Virus record (IMG/VR): IMGVR_UViG_3300047539_000071
Coordinates: 2,372 to 66,371 of that record
Direction: 5' to 3' (one strand)
From: a virus
Taxonomy: Duplodnaviria; Caudoviricetes
Length of the DNA stretch: 64,000 bases
Part shown: positions 63,136 to 64,000 of the stretch, piece by piece
Position numbering within the stretch: the stretch's first letter is position 1
How the letters are laid out: the number at the start of each line of letters is the position of its first letter
Made by a program: the position numbers and the translations under genes
The notes under the pieces: generated by a model
Databases searched by the model: none
What the model was told of the DNA's origin: nothing
The model's input: the letters and a program-made list of their open reading frames with translations, nothing else

Positions 63136-64000
63136 ATGATCGCGATCCTAGAGGCCGTCAATAAAACAGCCATTCCGAATTTTGTGCCTGCCAATGTTCT
63201 ATGGTATGCGCAGGATACTGGAGACTTGTGGATTGGTACTGGCAGTTCTGAGCCGCCAAACGTTCTACTAGTGCAGGCTGGCGGGTCCGCTACTCCCGGC
63301 GGGACTAACGGCGAAATTCAATACAACGAACTCGGCGCGTTTGCCGGCAGCGGACTTCTGACGGATTCAACAGGGGATCTTACCGTCCCCGGATTCTTGG
63401 CGATCGACGGAATCCTCTACGACTCCACAAGCACCCAAGGTGCGCCCGGTCAGGTTCTAGAGTCTACCGGTGCCGGCACACAATGGGTCACTGCAACGAT
63501 CGGCGGGCCTTATCTTCCGTTGACTGGCGGAACTTTGTCCGGGACGTTGACGGCTCCAACCATAGATGTAACGAGCATCATTGCCTCCACTCTCACGGTT
63601 ACGACAGCGACAGTGTCGAATTTAGAAATCGGGCAGTACGGTGATGCGAACTTCTCCCGAATCTCTGGCGGCCTTATAGCTGTAGGAGACGGCCCTATCG
63701 GGGACGAGACCGGCGGCCTGATTATGAACGCGCTCCATCTGGGCGGGCCTCTATCTGACAGTACCAATTACGCGGGTGCGAACGGTGAACTCTTAGCATC
63801 AACTGGATCCAAAATCGCCTGGGTAACAGGTACGGCCCTATCAACACTAGTTGTAGGCGCGCTTACTGCGACCGTCGCTACAATCACCGCGCTCACTGCC
63901 GCGACGGCAACTATCACGGCCTTGATAGCTACCACGGCCACGGTAACAACTGAGACTGTCGGAACTGAGACTGTCACGGCCCTCACTGCCACAACCGCCA
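63136..64000 (+). CDS. Tail fibre-like protein, truncated by the window end
   Basis: AAGGAG RBS; open frame MIAILEAV... to the window end; YLPLTGGTLSG motif; Thr-rich repeats. Confidence 0.75.
   Translation, partial: MIAILEAVNKTAIPNFVPANVLWYAQDTGDLWIGTGSSEPPNVLLVQAGGSATPGGTNGEIQYNELGAFAGSGLLTDSTGDLTVPGFLAIDGILYDSTSTQGAPGQVLESTGAGTQWVTATIGGPYLPLTGGTLSGTLTAPTIDVTSIIASTLTVTTATVSNLEIGQYGDANFSRISGGLIAVGDGPIGDETGGLIMNALHLGGPLSDSTNYAGANGELLASTGSKIAWVTGTALSTLVVGALTATVATITALTAATATITALIATTATVTTETVGTETVTALTATTA

Larger units (their letters stand above)
1..64000. mobile_element. Tailed dsDNA phage genome (podovirus-like), partial
   Basis: Terminase, portal, capsid, adaptor/nozzle, ejection proteins, lysozyme and a replication module; no host housekeeping genes; no tape measure or sheath. 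Confidence 0.95.

Noticed and set aside
29400-63992. Numerous antisense and nested ORFs in the six-frame track
   Set aside because: They overlap well-supported genes, lack RBS or motifs, and reflect GC-rich codon bias
57797-64000. Diversity-generating retroelement
   Set aside because: No reverse transcriptase; fibre paralogy is N-terminal and protein-level, not an adenine-specific TR/VR pair

Overview
The window is almost entirely one dsDNA tailed-phage genome, cut off in a tail-fibre gene at the right edge. Layout: (i) a short leftward nucleotide-metabolism arm (DUF1599-like, HD hydrolase, C5-methyltransferase-like); (ii) a divergent rightward replication operon (family A polymerase, DEDDh exonuclease, PD-(D/E)XK nuclease, SSB, HNH, primase-polymerase/helicase) ending in a duplicated origin-like element; (iii) a leftward early region of small genes (DNA ligase, FN3, PEP-CTERM-like and JAB-like exported proteins, LuxR HTH, FimB-like recombinase, DUF2786, GP88-like) punctuated by repeated promoter modules; (iv) a long rightward morphogenesis arm (terminase, portal, two proteases, five glycosyltransferase domains plus UDP-galactopyranose mutase, scaffold, capsid, adaptor, nozzle, ejection proteins, fibres, lysis genes). 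No tape measure or sheath is seen, so podovirus morphology is inferred. An Acidobacteriota host is inferred from the protein families only. Most notable: the Galf/glycosyltransferase cluster in the head module, twin origins with switched iterons and a covarying hairpin, two candidate structured RNAs, a shared FSG(I/V)K motif in small disordered proteins, and an Acb2/Tad1-like first late gene. All family calls are by eye from motifs; no database search or folding was run. A few homopolymer frameshifts may be assembly errors.
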